Shown here piece after piece: positions 30,001 to 31,467 of a stretch of 64,000 nt of DNA. The stretch covers positions 576,001-640,000 of the forward strand of contig JAVZHQ010000001.1 of assembly GCA_038998335.1 (NCBI GenBank), written 5' to 3'. The DNA is from Candidatus Aenigmatarchaeota archaeon (lineage in GTDB: Archaea; Aenigmatarchaeota; Aenigmatarchaeia; CG10238-14; SCSR01). The number at the start of each line of letters is the position of its first letter. The first letter of the stretch is position 1. The notes under the pieces are model-generated. The model was not told where the DNA came from. It saw only the letters and a list, made by a program, of their open reading frames with translations, and did not search any database. Made by a program: the position numbers and the translations under genes.

Positions 30001-31467
30001 CTTATAAACATGGGCCCAACTGCTAAGGTTGAAGATATAACAGTAACTTACACTGTTAAGCCACTAAACGAAGATAGAATAATAGCAACTTCAAAAGAAA
30101 CTCTTGCAGTAGAGACAGAAAAAACTTATGTGAGAAGTTTGGAAATTCCTTCTGACACACCAGAAGGAAGGTATGTCTTAGAAGTTAACGCAAGCTATTG
30201 GTATGGTATAAAGTATGCTATTTCAACAGATAGCTTTGAAGTAACAGTTCTTCCTCTACCAATCTTTATACTCAGAAGTGTATTCATGCATTGGCTAACT
30301 TATGTTATTCTTTTTGTTGTGGTTCCTCTGTTGATAATAGGAATTAAATGGTACGGTGCTTACAGAGCAGCGAAAGCAGCAAAAGCAAGGTATATTGCAC
30401 CAGTAGAATTTAAGAAACTGCCTCAGGCAAGTCCTAACTCCATAGAAGTTGGAAAAATTGCCGAAACTGATGTCAAAGCTTACCTAGATATTTCTCAGTT
30501 GTTAATGCATTCTATAGCAGCTGGTGGCACCGGCTCAGGCAAAAGTGTCTCTGCAATGGTTTGTGCTGAAGAATTACTGAAAAGAAAAGTTCCTGTAATA
30601 GTCTTTGATCCTACTGCTCAATGGACAGGATTTATGAAACCTTGCAGGTTCAAAGAAATGCTTGACCTCTATCCAAAGTTCGGTCTTAAGCCAACAGATG
30701 CAAGAAGCTTCAAAACTAACATAATAGTTGTAGAAGACCCAGAAATGCCCATAGACATAAAGAAGTACATGAACCCGGGAGAGATTACTGTTTTTGTTAT
30801 GAATAGGCTGCCTCCTGAGCAGTTAGACAAGTTTGTTAGAAGAAGCATTCAGGCAATATTTGACATGAGACCTCCAGAATCAAAGCAAATTAAATTGTTA
30901 CTTGTTTATGACGAGGTTCATAGATTATTACCAAAGTATGGAGGAAAGGGAGGTTATGTAGCAATAGAAAGAGCTTGCAGAGAGTTTAGAAAGTGGGGAA
31001 TTGGAGTTTTCTTAATCTCGCAAGTATTACAAGATTTCAAGGGAGCCATAAGAGCTAACATAGCAAACGAGATTCAGCTAAGAACAAAGTACGAAGGAGA
31101 TATAGGAAGAGTAAGGTCAAAGTATGGCATAGATTATGCTTCTAGAGTAACGAAGCTAACAGTTGGTACAGGAATGGTACAGAATCCTGAGTACAATTAT
31201 GGTAAGCCATGGTTCGTTAGCTTTAGGCCTTTGTTGCATTCGCCTTTTGCTTTGACCGATGAGGAGCTTAACCTTTACATGAAGCTTACGAAGAAGATTG
31301 AAGAGTTGGAGAAGAGAATTGAGAAGCTAAAGGCGAAGAAGGTTGACACTTACGATGTTGAAATTGAGCTGAACATAGCTAAGGATAAAGTTAAGACTGC
31401 AGCTTTCAAGATGGCCGAAACTTATCTTGAGTCTGTTGAAAAGAGAATAGAAAAAATGGGTGGATAA
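1..31467 (+). CDS. Giant (>=10,488 aa, 5'-truncated) repetitive surface protein with single TM helix and C-terminal HerA/VirB4/FtsK-family P-loop ATPase
   Basis: Frame +1 has no stop from base 1 (SPNTERIVVWKTW...) through the track's ATG at 268 to TAA at 31465-31467, so the true start is upstream of the window. The body is beta-rich with abundant N-x-S/T sequons. Pro/Gly linker ~29485-29610; TM WLTYVILFVVVPLLIIGIKW ~30292-30351; Walker A GGTGSGKS 30523-30546; VIVFDP; Walker B LLLVYDEVH ~30895-30921; REFRKWGIGVFLISQ motif. Confidence 0.93.
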   Translation, partial: SPNTERIVVWKTWVPDDARGTYTALFTIQTQDKTVTIQRNFEVYTFPIVIYQASPDWIIARRTGVKYRTVSICNYGDYNLTVNITEINSMQGGTTVTAYPTANITTSTRVEWWLKSIPTSRCFIYNLTYTNPGDIDPGLEEFIVMVTYINPSTNLVETLTDTFSTIQIDARDKPQLNVRLFPTLVNANNTLVSLVISNNGRTIGMAVSQIRLYIPAGFIPYQFSLTPDTGYPIGSAEEGWVVTWSPYSTNSYLYSIGVGGSASLTFRLNVSDIRNFSPGGKIFTVTISGYPTTIDSNTLRMLLFPTAKFVVEREGPLLKTIRYYNTTPADELLDFPTFFVCGNFTTKLQVFNKGNLPANNFNITENKNNVSVTHPNDLQFSSFAPTPSYYLQSRLINWDGSINFIATGKDNAKNYSYLISVPYQTNGTFTFFAQPKNGTFTFFDENYTIFIACGASLSVSEPTTKKGEITNPTIYAGDIFNISSTIYNDGPGNASNVIVEINYTNTTPISGLENLVIKNFTQEISNLTYFETIGPKQSKVAHVDYTYIVNTSGVSPGTIRFCIKANATENSSEVIACKDVTLNAPPAVIEMENPLIISDETGTSIGSWGFNFTFNISIRVSNSDNDVAVCAYFSKTGTEPWKLVSCDSYPAPGSSTGQWRNFTFKFDAGCEDIGSPVFVKFNATNNAGTTNSTSTTFAITKDQVIFEDIIGNNTETRRGKTTTLLALRVRDANGTLITNLPITFYVTLDGSIYDSGTTNLTNASAYANYYFQARCSPKYQVGYQRWKVILSNDACYQDNSTESYFNLSVLVTGDIILNFVRPDGLTNYTQEQEVPFLGATTDDCGDALTTTVRYFANKSEQSFECSPVSQVGANAYTCDWQTYISTPMGWYNATMIANRTYHYSNSTANLGFPGLFYLFPVKKLENPSAMPTTEGWGYRNWNFSVIASSGDSENVLNVSLYMAKSWPPTTKCDAPTCLNQTPTECFNCIGETKFWYRNFSANEQGTWYYQFKMDGKETEQVLSVNVEKDDSLIEYAEGNNSFAKYQPAQAAKLVVRVFDLDANTYNLNPPASVNFRIKYNGVYDRIVGSNTTNSSGYAEFYFIPDCSFNGGNQYWYAEINSSEPNYKPNVSQEFNISLDVSGCVPQVKVSASYNPREVFLYRNFTVNASITTIGPEGSQANSVYVNISLPSGWQVDEITKSLGSIQVGEVKTVWWHVNATSYGLANVTIFANSSNAGSDSLTSNNFIVYKLKEASLPLESLPVELQGNEEKIFSWQCEAGEYRIANLTIASANLTSQPKEVLLRVFVYNGNEWIDVLHNYKINLTSERKDFVPILQNQINVNETGYCRVKISNLGSNPINLTSLTLSAYSNETVQIQDIEVKVKEQTTTGIESSEEFFNVTVRIANSNSNSYSGNLWLNITNSSSYLVYSSSQPVNIPPNSIALINFTNIPTSNWLEDDYNLKAYLSYNSKSTERAEQLIFKNIIVSSKTSRWICNSSTEQYNVTIVHPFADSVEYNVSLEVPPGWSFSPSYQTITTNSPGNYTLSFNLTSSNAASEIVIINATVNYTYPGIQKSKKASFSVEESNSIAILEVIRETPKIIGKDTVFDSQLTVHNKGCAPTSGTTVVKEVLSTGWTPANPGIKTNEYGQDVQLISSSVDLINNVIIWQLGSIGVNKYAVLTYQVKSPPSLSQQGSLRYNVSWEGKSLQEEKAYFIQTFNYTEEPHLEFDLEVLQQADYPWPEPRSAQLNKNYNYSLKVTNIGDSLASNWNVSIKIPESCEVKQVYNSGFWNETSRKITWQLPDLAVYSSVRLNFTLNCSSVGKQVFIAEGIKDTREETSFVNDTNINCFGSSCSLTQAYSFTKPSNARYEKLKEANFLISYEWKGQNVTIGQASVSFADDLLNYKIAWQNYSLGSSNGKVWGNYSIDENEQENYILASRNIAINAYADATYEPKANLTVEKIVYTWKTGRLFEENQELFAKIKVYTYTPLLENSTLYINGDKTRTIGGWGEQFNFSVMVRDRFGRDVTVYAWHRKGIADYSLIGSWICYSCLEWTQVNFSYDYVGSDIGSWDFKFNASNADGTSELPGYGYTVEADEINVYNITPSWNSIVNRSQLTNFVLQVWDRDNQSYPGYLLPGQADEGRGKIFISKFGSPETFDSSPAISANETGHLIRSMQNSSDSWCKVSDYYLGQNYWKGGVSGATTYKDNITQVMPFWLMGDLSNSYLTQPLGEQNFTRGQTINFNGVIKDDCNDVKSDAAKFGAEYRISHGETTYVIVSDLTSASWQVPQDAPLGWYNVTMIAFAEGSEAGKYWNGTFFKENAFFIATVPKLDNPEVQPLVGSWEIKPFNFSVFVTSEDGETVLIKLWLKNSSIDWYVENLTYCINCNNYFFLTQKNFTCENIGEWQAKFNASSSTSFTNETQIINFNVTKSAISINYAEGNNTIVNRSDSALRNSVKLAVQIWNLVLNNYTTVIPNDNVKFWVQTGLDWKEEFETSNETHYYLDFNPSCEYLPGIRKWKVNSSHACYADNSSEEFYVTIIANLTNNLEKPDGSVNYTAGSLIDLNGTIIDDCLQAVVGANVRFKLQSGSNVYYCPSSGYVTNATGNFYNCTWDSSGKPGGWYNVTMESFKDYHVNGIVTRENAFFLITPVELISPQVSPSIGGWGELHNFSVIVNHYANVNVCLLERTPTSEWSVTECKFIENPSNKLVNFTKTYSCEDLQASSLWYFAFNASEPGVPETYSNTSQLSHTLEKNDIAFIYFEGNETQVNRNGSATTKFVLYVNDTDRNLPAYTLLAGSPKPVVGFRIHNGTAYLTDGTNTTNSSGYVSYYFNPSCSYEVGKRNWYAFTSGDSCYKDASSSVFNVTIIGDLVPNITYPSGETYYRTQSLYVNVSGDVRDECNLNYISNALVNFTLYWAANPSVQYHCEEIGNYGNGTYNCTFDATSYDEGWYHVRMNASNVEYYNNGSDYKEYRFKIVQVWQPPVLEDETVLPEQDWGWGENFTFKVNVSDENADDVNVSLWLSPDNQTWFYVGSQMCYDCGIKTELTFYYKGFKCSDMPQYYFKFNASDVHNSTDRPGKSFTLTKDDVVIEYSGLSEGNNSWVDRNSGSVLLKVRIYDLDNKSYVPSNVQGKVYVTKDQINYDSGWLGFTDSQGYLGVYFAPDCDYLVGMQYWKAGTYQDSCYKDANSTLLLTTNIRGWLNNSITEPNGEAYLSNENVTIRGNVSDECGLTINDASVTFRIFHTGYNAFSTVCEEVLNEGNSYYNCTWNVSSNPSGWYNVEMNSSRDYYNNGTKIKDQVFFHQVNPVLTSEFVSPQQAPWGSTFVFKVNVTDDDDIVNVSLWIRKLPTGEFYLANSTLCSDCINRQVELSKRYTAGTDIGDYEWFINASDLHSGYVETSVKTFNVTKRNTYWIYSQGNNSWVSRIGSNTTILEARLFDAFTNSYLDKGSDALYINVTKDGTWGKWSNSSSLGYLTIAFDPDCSYSVGEQKWKAVFSGDAYYYGSESQNFTVYIYSEFYAQVLQPNGEVYAEGENIQIVGKLRDECLNNIPGAATIFRIYPGDYSCNPEPANDLGNGNYSCTFGTTGLLGWYDISMNSSKNYFNDTYTLKQNAFQVRRKPSITSYQVSPQQEGWGYNFTVSAYLLDADSGDTLQISLWKSYDGTNWIHVSSQVKDDCTSGCDITFNPEFTCSDYLSGPTIYLKLNVSDSYGLKNETSSFTVTLEKDDVSFYTIQAPSSVDREGGVGVFVVRVNDTDKNAWVDNSQEIVKGYFWFTKEPSTPTWDSGLLTTVNSSGYMQVSFDPNCSYAASYQYWKVGILDNNCYADINSTESGFTIKGQLKSNLYLPERFSQFNVSDLINIRWNVYSDCYGISEAYDSGNITGVSNILNLYNFGNSSSCTDINEIFEGNYNCTWDSTSQPEGNWTINIQVSKANYNSNSTNYTNWFWLENLAPEILEIKVSPEQAGWGSVFNYSVYVKDEENDEVTCLLYVNTTGNFVFKGLNSTSTPGLCNVIVNDFTCQDQSNASFYFIVNDTFNKVNTSEILGITQGPNITKNSLSISLIQGNNAKVNRSDSSIGSTTRFILFVNDTTRNSAPLENTNGSILITYDYSNFYSYFVQTNSSGYLNFDFNPGCEYQTGKQYWIAFIGDACYETRFTNSTPSENYTVEIYGDLNLEIISPKGEKYLRSSYPDGQNVNLTARVTTDCSLEGGVSDALVNFTLTQGLTNKYCSDIENLGEGYFHCMLNTSEFAAKGWNVTFNASRNYYNPSSLTDIFQIWQKGFWVETKPVLTTDFSYASYNSTGHVGDGGWGETWIFKVNVTDEDEDTLKVSLYINRSDNGEWAQPVMGEGNTTNSTVKGINVTVTFVVKLPSPVALGGSSPIGPHAFKFNVSEKEDIFGNATIDFPQNINETGNGTFVYQKDDVILEHIAGNNTVVNRTGNQIQALTVRVYDADRGVYPTFTSTGARIWVTTDLASNYVEIPGTTSVQNSYINTSATQFDPDCRFKIGPQKWKAGITSDNIHYKETNSSEFFINITTVSLSFKYISPKNGKLFVKSPVPADSILLVGNVSDDCGGVNQSTANFYLYRGETIKDCSLIGTIVDYNNGTYGCLISNSTLYSDPELDYGYWNVSFNASKSYYNSSKEEFEQNALYIASRPKLTTGSAYVSTGNYTSGWGDLWFFEVDVEDEDYLGEQGSLVNVSFWVNLTGEWEYVGSQVCSPPCTGIGINALKFEKSFSCENMGTRFFKFNATDNFYSTDKRFRAESSTQSFTLSPDLASLTIEQGDGSSVNRVGIETSVLKASITDWSKGGTTVTEQGISGRIYITKNRTTFDSFIPLTTGSDGLFTYDFDPDCSFYTGRQWWKVELTDSCYSSASSQNATVYVYGQLYSNLVHPPYGWVNGTGTLIPITLDVKSDCSGYIDEESPGVPNSTEGISYPIRIRRPDDSTIENCYPWQDWGNGTYNCTFDTIYHPPGYYDIILSSAKEYFIPNTTYYHDWFELINAPPSYQNPQVNPSKGGWGSKYNFSIEVKDTDLDSVNCSLFVSTDDGLTWRYVNSTIISGSSEWQSCSFTVEPYGCNSTYYDVGNDNWFRFNLTDEVGQTVTVTLPGPEITKDNITIIYVYGNNTNITRASGFLPLKVYVFDLTRNKPVGSYGSAQARISFNVTTDGTNYIVVGSNQTYASLPGNVTFNFDPDCRFDVGYQEWFAFYNSTIGAGGECYYYNESERFSIGIVGQLVNYVVSPNSTKNRFVREEENITFRGNVTTDCPAKDGLITNANVTFEATHVGTGGKYYCDEPLVNEGNGYYSCLFINNASKPTRNYKLNMSSSNVSWFNPTWTEVTGLCTPTPCAFFVVTKPSLSSPSFSYTQDGGWGESWQFSVTLSDPDLDVNTVRLWVRNITPAPSACPEASAWPDFYLKGSQSVSQGNVIFNYPSPAFSSACAGVSFEFFFNTSDGERSANTSLLTFTVQKDDVNITLVEGNNALLNRSLAPSQENVTFSIRIYDTDRNVLLGVGTPGTIKFYVTTDPNNPNSFVVEETIPQVGAGGFVNHTFPKAETRCNYGIGPLRWRAEFGSTSTIYKATNSTSTYGDDFYITLITYPLQVSVIAPNNQSFRRNVDLITYVGNVSDDCGGVKGASVEFRAYPEEINPSSTCLPSEVTDHENGTYSCSRMPSEDWQMTYHNLRINASKQYYEPSEIFEKQDSFVIVTNPTITILPPTSKCRAPECLGSDNNFGWGELWNFSAIVQDLDQGAYSFERLNISLWIDFGSGYQLINSTICAAPTCLSPRLITFLQTFDCGKIGSWNYKINVSDYWGYKNESSGGITINPNSVEVEYVSSPTKIDREIGATQGTFVLRIKDLDKDEYLPSGRNASFFFTKDGSTFIVKNDVKTNSSGYINITLDPDCSYSVGIQKWDGGISGDYCYYSENYTQRIGGPYAPPEYNISGQIKVNILQPYYQQIFNVTQQILIRFNTTSDCPEEGLIANATYPLAQIELRSPYGEWETCLPLNNEYDGWYNCTWDSTNKKEGYWSINLTASKLPDYNLNETMFENWFWLENIYSVAENASVSPSEAGWSRVFNYSIEVYDQEGDTINCSLFVSKDNKQTWEYKGSYIIQGTPGIPTQGTCWVALHDFSCEDIDKPEGQEWIVSKAKWFKWKIENGEPSNTYNTSEFQGPNITESQVLISYIVGDNSYVNRSSGINQVVRLAVNVFDLENLSCASNVNVSFWVTHDNSNYQLDIVNQTDSYGNASYYFNPDCSYSTGKQYWIAGVTDSCYMNTNASSNFTVYVIGDLIPIILSPKGEKYLRSNYEDGQLVPFKTFVKDECGLAIVNAQVNFSGIKDSEVKWCSQVTNLGDGNYTCELNTSNFKAQGWNSSVNVSANFYNSNSSLEIFVIWQKGFWVETKPILTTDWWYESRDYLGNLGDGSWGETWYFRVNASDEDYDILEVKLWVNSSQVGGDWAQPLPVYMTNSSVQGKNVTVIFIIPGWPSHSNPGLGFHVFKFNVSEVKDIYNNATKDFVNNTYEIGNGNFTITKDDLLLIHVEGNNTSVHRPGNNYQTLSVKVFDRDKGSDVTSGILSTNVRIWVTNDLASNFTSIPSTFSSGYINTSALQFDPDCSFRVGPQKWKAGVLYTDAYKATNSSDFFINITTDPLKVELLQPLDAKLYLKGIEDVPVKVKVTDECGGVSEANVTIISQQLGAYPPNKDCVEDQSPKGQIFYEGSGIYNCTFRADTTAQEEPAWLYGYTNVSVQAFKAYYNSSEVNFTINSYYLASKPEITLKSLYTDYGTSGWGENWHFPVDIEDKDYNAQLGSTINVYFWLNLTGSWQLFASKTCVPATGNCTNLEFYPVNFTCNRTYSDIGVKGYKVNASDNFGYKDEKEATFTITQDQADIADVKYSKSIIAREFSDSAWFAALFVDTIRGLEITYENVSGRIYITTDNSNYLFNSSLLSQPNGYLNYTFDPNCSFSVGIQKWKINLEDSCYYTATSGDQEFTVVGQLKNFLVEPSYGSIIEIEVGKTANITSSIKGECGENVEGASVTHEARWPDSTFENIVPVEELGSGLYNSTWNLTFKKGGYYGFRINSSKEYYYPNSSLFADWVYLNNTPPLYSNPRVSPGTEGWGSYFNFSIEINDAQQDNVTCTLFTSTDNQQTWVERGSTIVYGGIGLCSINVTFECSDIGEDNWFKWQLDDGTNVFNISAVQGPNITADDVIIYYIYGNETKVNRSDSSIGNIQLLVVGVNDTDRKVPANATVTFYVTKDGNTFLYESNITNSSGIATYYFNPDCNYNPGLQKWYAAVTDYCYSYQRTQNYSIEIYADFVYSPSAYRQGFTTDKTILRSEQNVTLDAGNPNIAEEMTIRDDCGGEIDVDWISMQAIHNLTGETYSCTEIINPAVGIYRCARNTSDMKARWYDVLVSVSKEYFNNKSVRKTQEFFVETKPELRNLTVKSTQGGETGGWGERFYFNVTVTDEDYDFVNVTLYVRRVGSTYWILANKTDLDSPVINRTITLSWVRETCDASHSDPYPHAWEFKFNASDDPNYPLPYEDMYESTIEPANFYLEKDDVSLQLMSGNNVEVWRNGTDSKLLSLKVIDTDLNNLPVGSGVNGSFWVTTNGLIFAGQKISETDEYGNLTYNFPQDLPSGQNKCDFKTGIQKWFAGVYNDACYKDKNSTNYTITIKSLLLPLIYYPSGQGFLRGDNVPVQGFLTDECSYVENATVVFTFIPQAGSPYQCTITDNNGWIEGEGWYNCTKNTAGKPKGWYNLSMSTSKTYYASNSTLKPFAFFLGDKPVLSNPRVDHYTGGWGEQYTFTVTFTDADLNINNVSLWKSYDNVTWYLVEMKQVQGIGIDVSFTHRFTCEDYAKQAPYFYFKFNTTDPFGFTDETASRNMTLERDNVTLTLSLASNSSVRRIGDNFAYLEFRIYDTDYQNYPSNANGTIWVTKDGLNFSVAYECTSSQGYCSALHNPDCDSSVGLQYWKGGIVEKDGFSCYQVINSSVFNFTVYGQLNISIISPEQGKILNRGKTHSFNASVKNDCGEEVNDASINWYNSSWHSLASGYNTSWLVPITYKLGPETIYSNVSRQYYDGNYNFSSVYIYGWSEIDSISPANSSSYAAGTPITITCHVRDSNTSQPIPNYTVSFLKNGESLENASTDSQGYASIVWYTNLEGAGWYNLTCFIESNSTLYYNATLAQMETWIRLSRPLQIDQIIPQYPWVYRNDSFTPYQTNISVHVRDAQIGHASNANISFYNSTHFLFSCLTNSTGWCELIDFNPPDDYTPSPYWIYINATRPGNEDSLTNSTSITVKGILFVNITSPLNESLHPKSEAIDLSATVISENGENSSVLNPTVKWYNETALLAVGLEVTLPQPIVAQQRTGPHQLMAIASKSYYEDGKSNVSIIITGLADVVWISPIGITPYPEEFYPTCLVKDHESGAGISDYEVNFSYKWEPSSEFIFNGSYTTNSSGYASYVFIPTQKGNITFNCSIGPNATQYYSPNIKEAIETIWVKDISLPKIFNFSVIPNSSIEANLNLTYINATIIDNYAVESVWANITLPNGSIVIVPMSNISVPETGFGFFRATYSASYLPPIGGEYNISVYARDYPPESNVNSTFVGNISVWGKISGLVEQLPANIVAYNITQTQGFTFEVSVNFTNLGPATAYSVNLTHAEDPLGSLTYNESRKECGTVYAGQTCSWVFKITVPEKTSPQLIRAYTIATWQNPDKTVEQKLNETSITVSSNPVIEIIPKSINKTTPHDLTTYIGNITTYASGNDEVRDVSISTVGGNLAFDCPLCVLSIIPNSYGLLPAGESFVSDITITVPAGQAPGIYWTKVRASSSNAGYDEMLLNLTIPINTSWIRSPESFGYVLLPLNTSGTIGNITVTNIGNVKIPFEILKSGNGSIFVTAYPSGAKGTTAFDLEKQVSRNVSVDYSVPWNAYQAIYTVNIVIRNVTFANPPERITTIILNVTDVPPTITDIIVEPRVFEIGFENVTIQAKITDNFAVDKAWVNITLPNGSSFVQFMDSFAGSIYNTTYSSLQEGIHLIRICANDTRSLEGCTSPIEVEGSATTRLEIIPNITHILANDITIEYGQSFAVNITLNNTGGSRAFDSNLTIDSGFISSEPSFFDFGTILKWKSKSNITLISIPNGTETGIYYINLTAKWKNLNETYNSSFAQILVNVTPNPKLKVIEENITKIIPPGAKDSVNITLKSIGNKNVTNVEINCTRGIVCQDFNVSFEPKNFTSIPIGETRQVNVSFEVPPNYLAGTHNGTIEIRWDSEFYLELPVFITVPVNITWEHNPKVLSSYVLQDDKGYFGSIDIINTGNSEIELELIKTGEIAPYLNLSETRIVLPYNGIKTIHITYSSPDIQFDKNYTGKIISNITGSLRENATEKTRETFVSMFVSVYKVKIISPTSSNPIIGVVNGNEILAKVNVTANSSFVTQNVSFNVSIFDYERKAEAFVSSAYYNSTEKLWFVRFIAPDLEEARVYNLNITASYNGTRYLVRSDVENDSIVYRDTQAPLIELITPVRIPANSTVRVLVNVTESGGIKNVSGEITYPDNTTQNISFTLISRIKDNYLFEYNLTNTSSLGNYTISAFVCDLSENCNSASKSFEIYPVAIFSGYAKDLEQISEPALRVNFKFYDQGSETIRFDFNSNATDGYYNETIDMKTYDLKISLLEPTFSHQILLYNLTIATDYFNPIVFGNVPNVRTTSSAVKGVYLNTVLRPAYFILKINFSDCVLGLCNVPIHDPNKLGIYKYGGNWTPKVSTAQNTNWVRITNREMDNSDKSVNLTDYTVTVNLSDIRGVYILAEFICGNGECESEAGESTSNCPIDCPAIPPAPQVPIYIPPTIPPIVGGPGGPGGPGAGPAAPPVALVPLEVKTTLIETTLTPGEEKVFSIDVTNNLDTATNVRITVEGPVFQLLTVQKPTFTVAPKSTEVTAVRAYAPPRIAPGIYTGDLVVTAGNIVHRTPVTIVVQQVPEPLLDVSVKILSKAINPGTNLTFEVKLINMGPTAKVEDITVTYTVKPLNEDRIIATSKETLAVETEKTYVRSLEIPSDTPEGRYVLEVNASYWYGIKYAISTDSFEVTVLPLPIFILRSVFMHWLTYVILFVVVPLLIIGIKWYGAYRAAKAAKARYIAPVEFKKLPQASPNSIEVGKIAETDVKAYLDISQLLMHSIAAGGTGSGKSVSAMVCAEELLKRKVPVIVFDPTAQWTGFMKPCRFKEMLDLYPKFGLKPTDARSFKTNIIVVEDPEMPIDIKKYMNPGEITVFVMNRLPPEQLDKFVRRSIQAIFDMRPPESKQIKLLLVYDEVHRLLPKYGGKGGYVAIERACREFRKWGIGVFLISQVLQDFKGAIRANIANEIQLRTKYEGDIGRVRSKYGIDYASRVTKLTVGTGMVQNPEYNYGKPWFVSFRPLLHSPFALTDEELNLYMKLTKKIEELEKRIEKLKAKKVDTYDVEIELNIAKDKVKTAAFKMAETYLESVEKRIEKMGG
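5965..24270 (+). repeat. Tandem array of 18 diverged ~1.0-1.1 kb coding repeats (~330-370 aa) in the giant protein; two more copies, one partial, at ~1790-3430
   Basis: GWG-type motif recurs at ~6020, 7025, 7990, 8990, 9960, 10895, 11895, 12925, 14020, 15050, 16105, 17195, 18210, 19270, 20360, 21350, 22355 and 23390, and also at ~1815 and ~2800. Copies typically carry KDD..GNN, TNSSGY..F.PDC.Y.VG.Q.W, D(D/E)CG and GNG.YNC.W motifs. Confidence 0.9.

Noticed and set aside
30430-31260. Canonical HerA of the HerA-NurA repair system
   Set aside because: No N-terminal HAS barrel is apparent, no nurA/mre11/rad50 genes are nearby, and the domain is fused behind a TM and a giant ectodomain.
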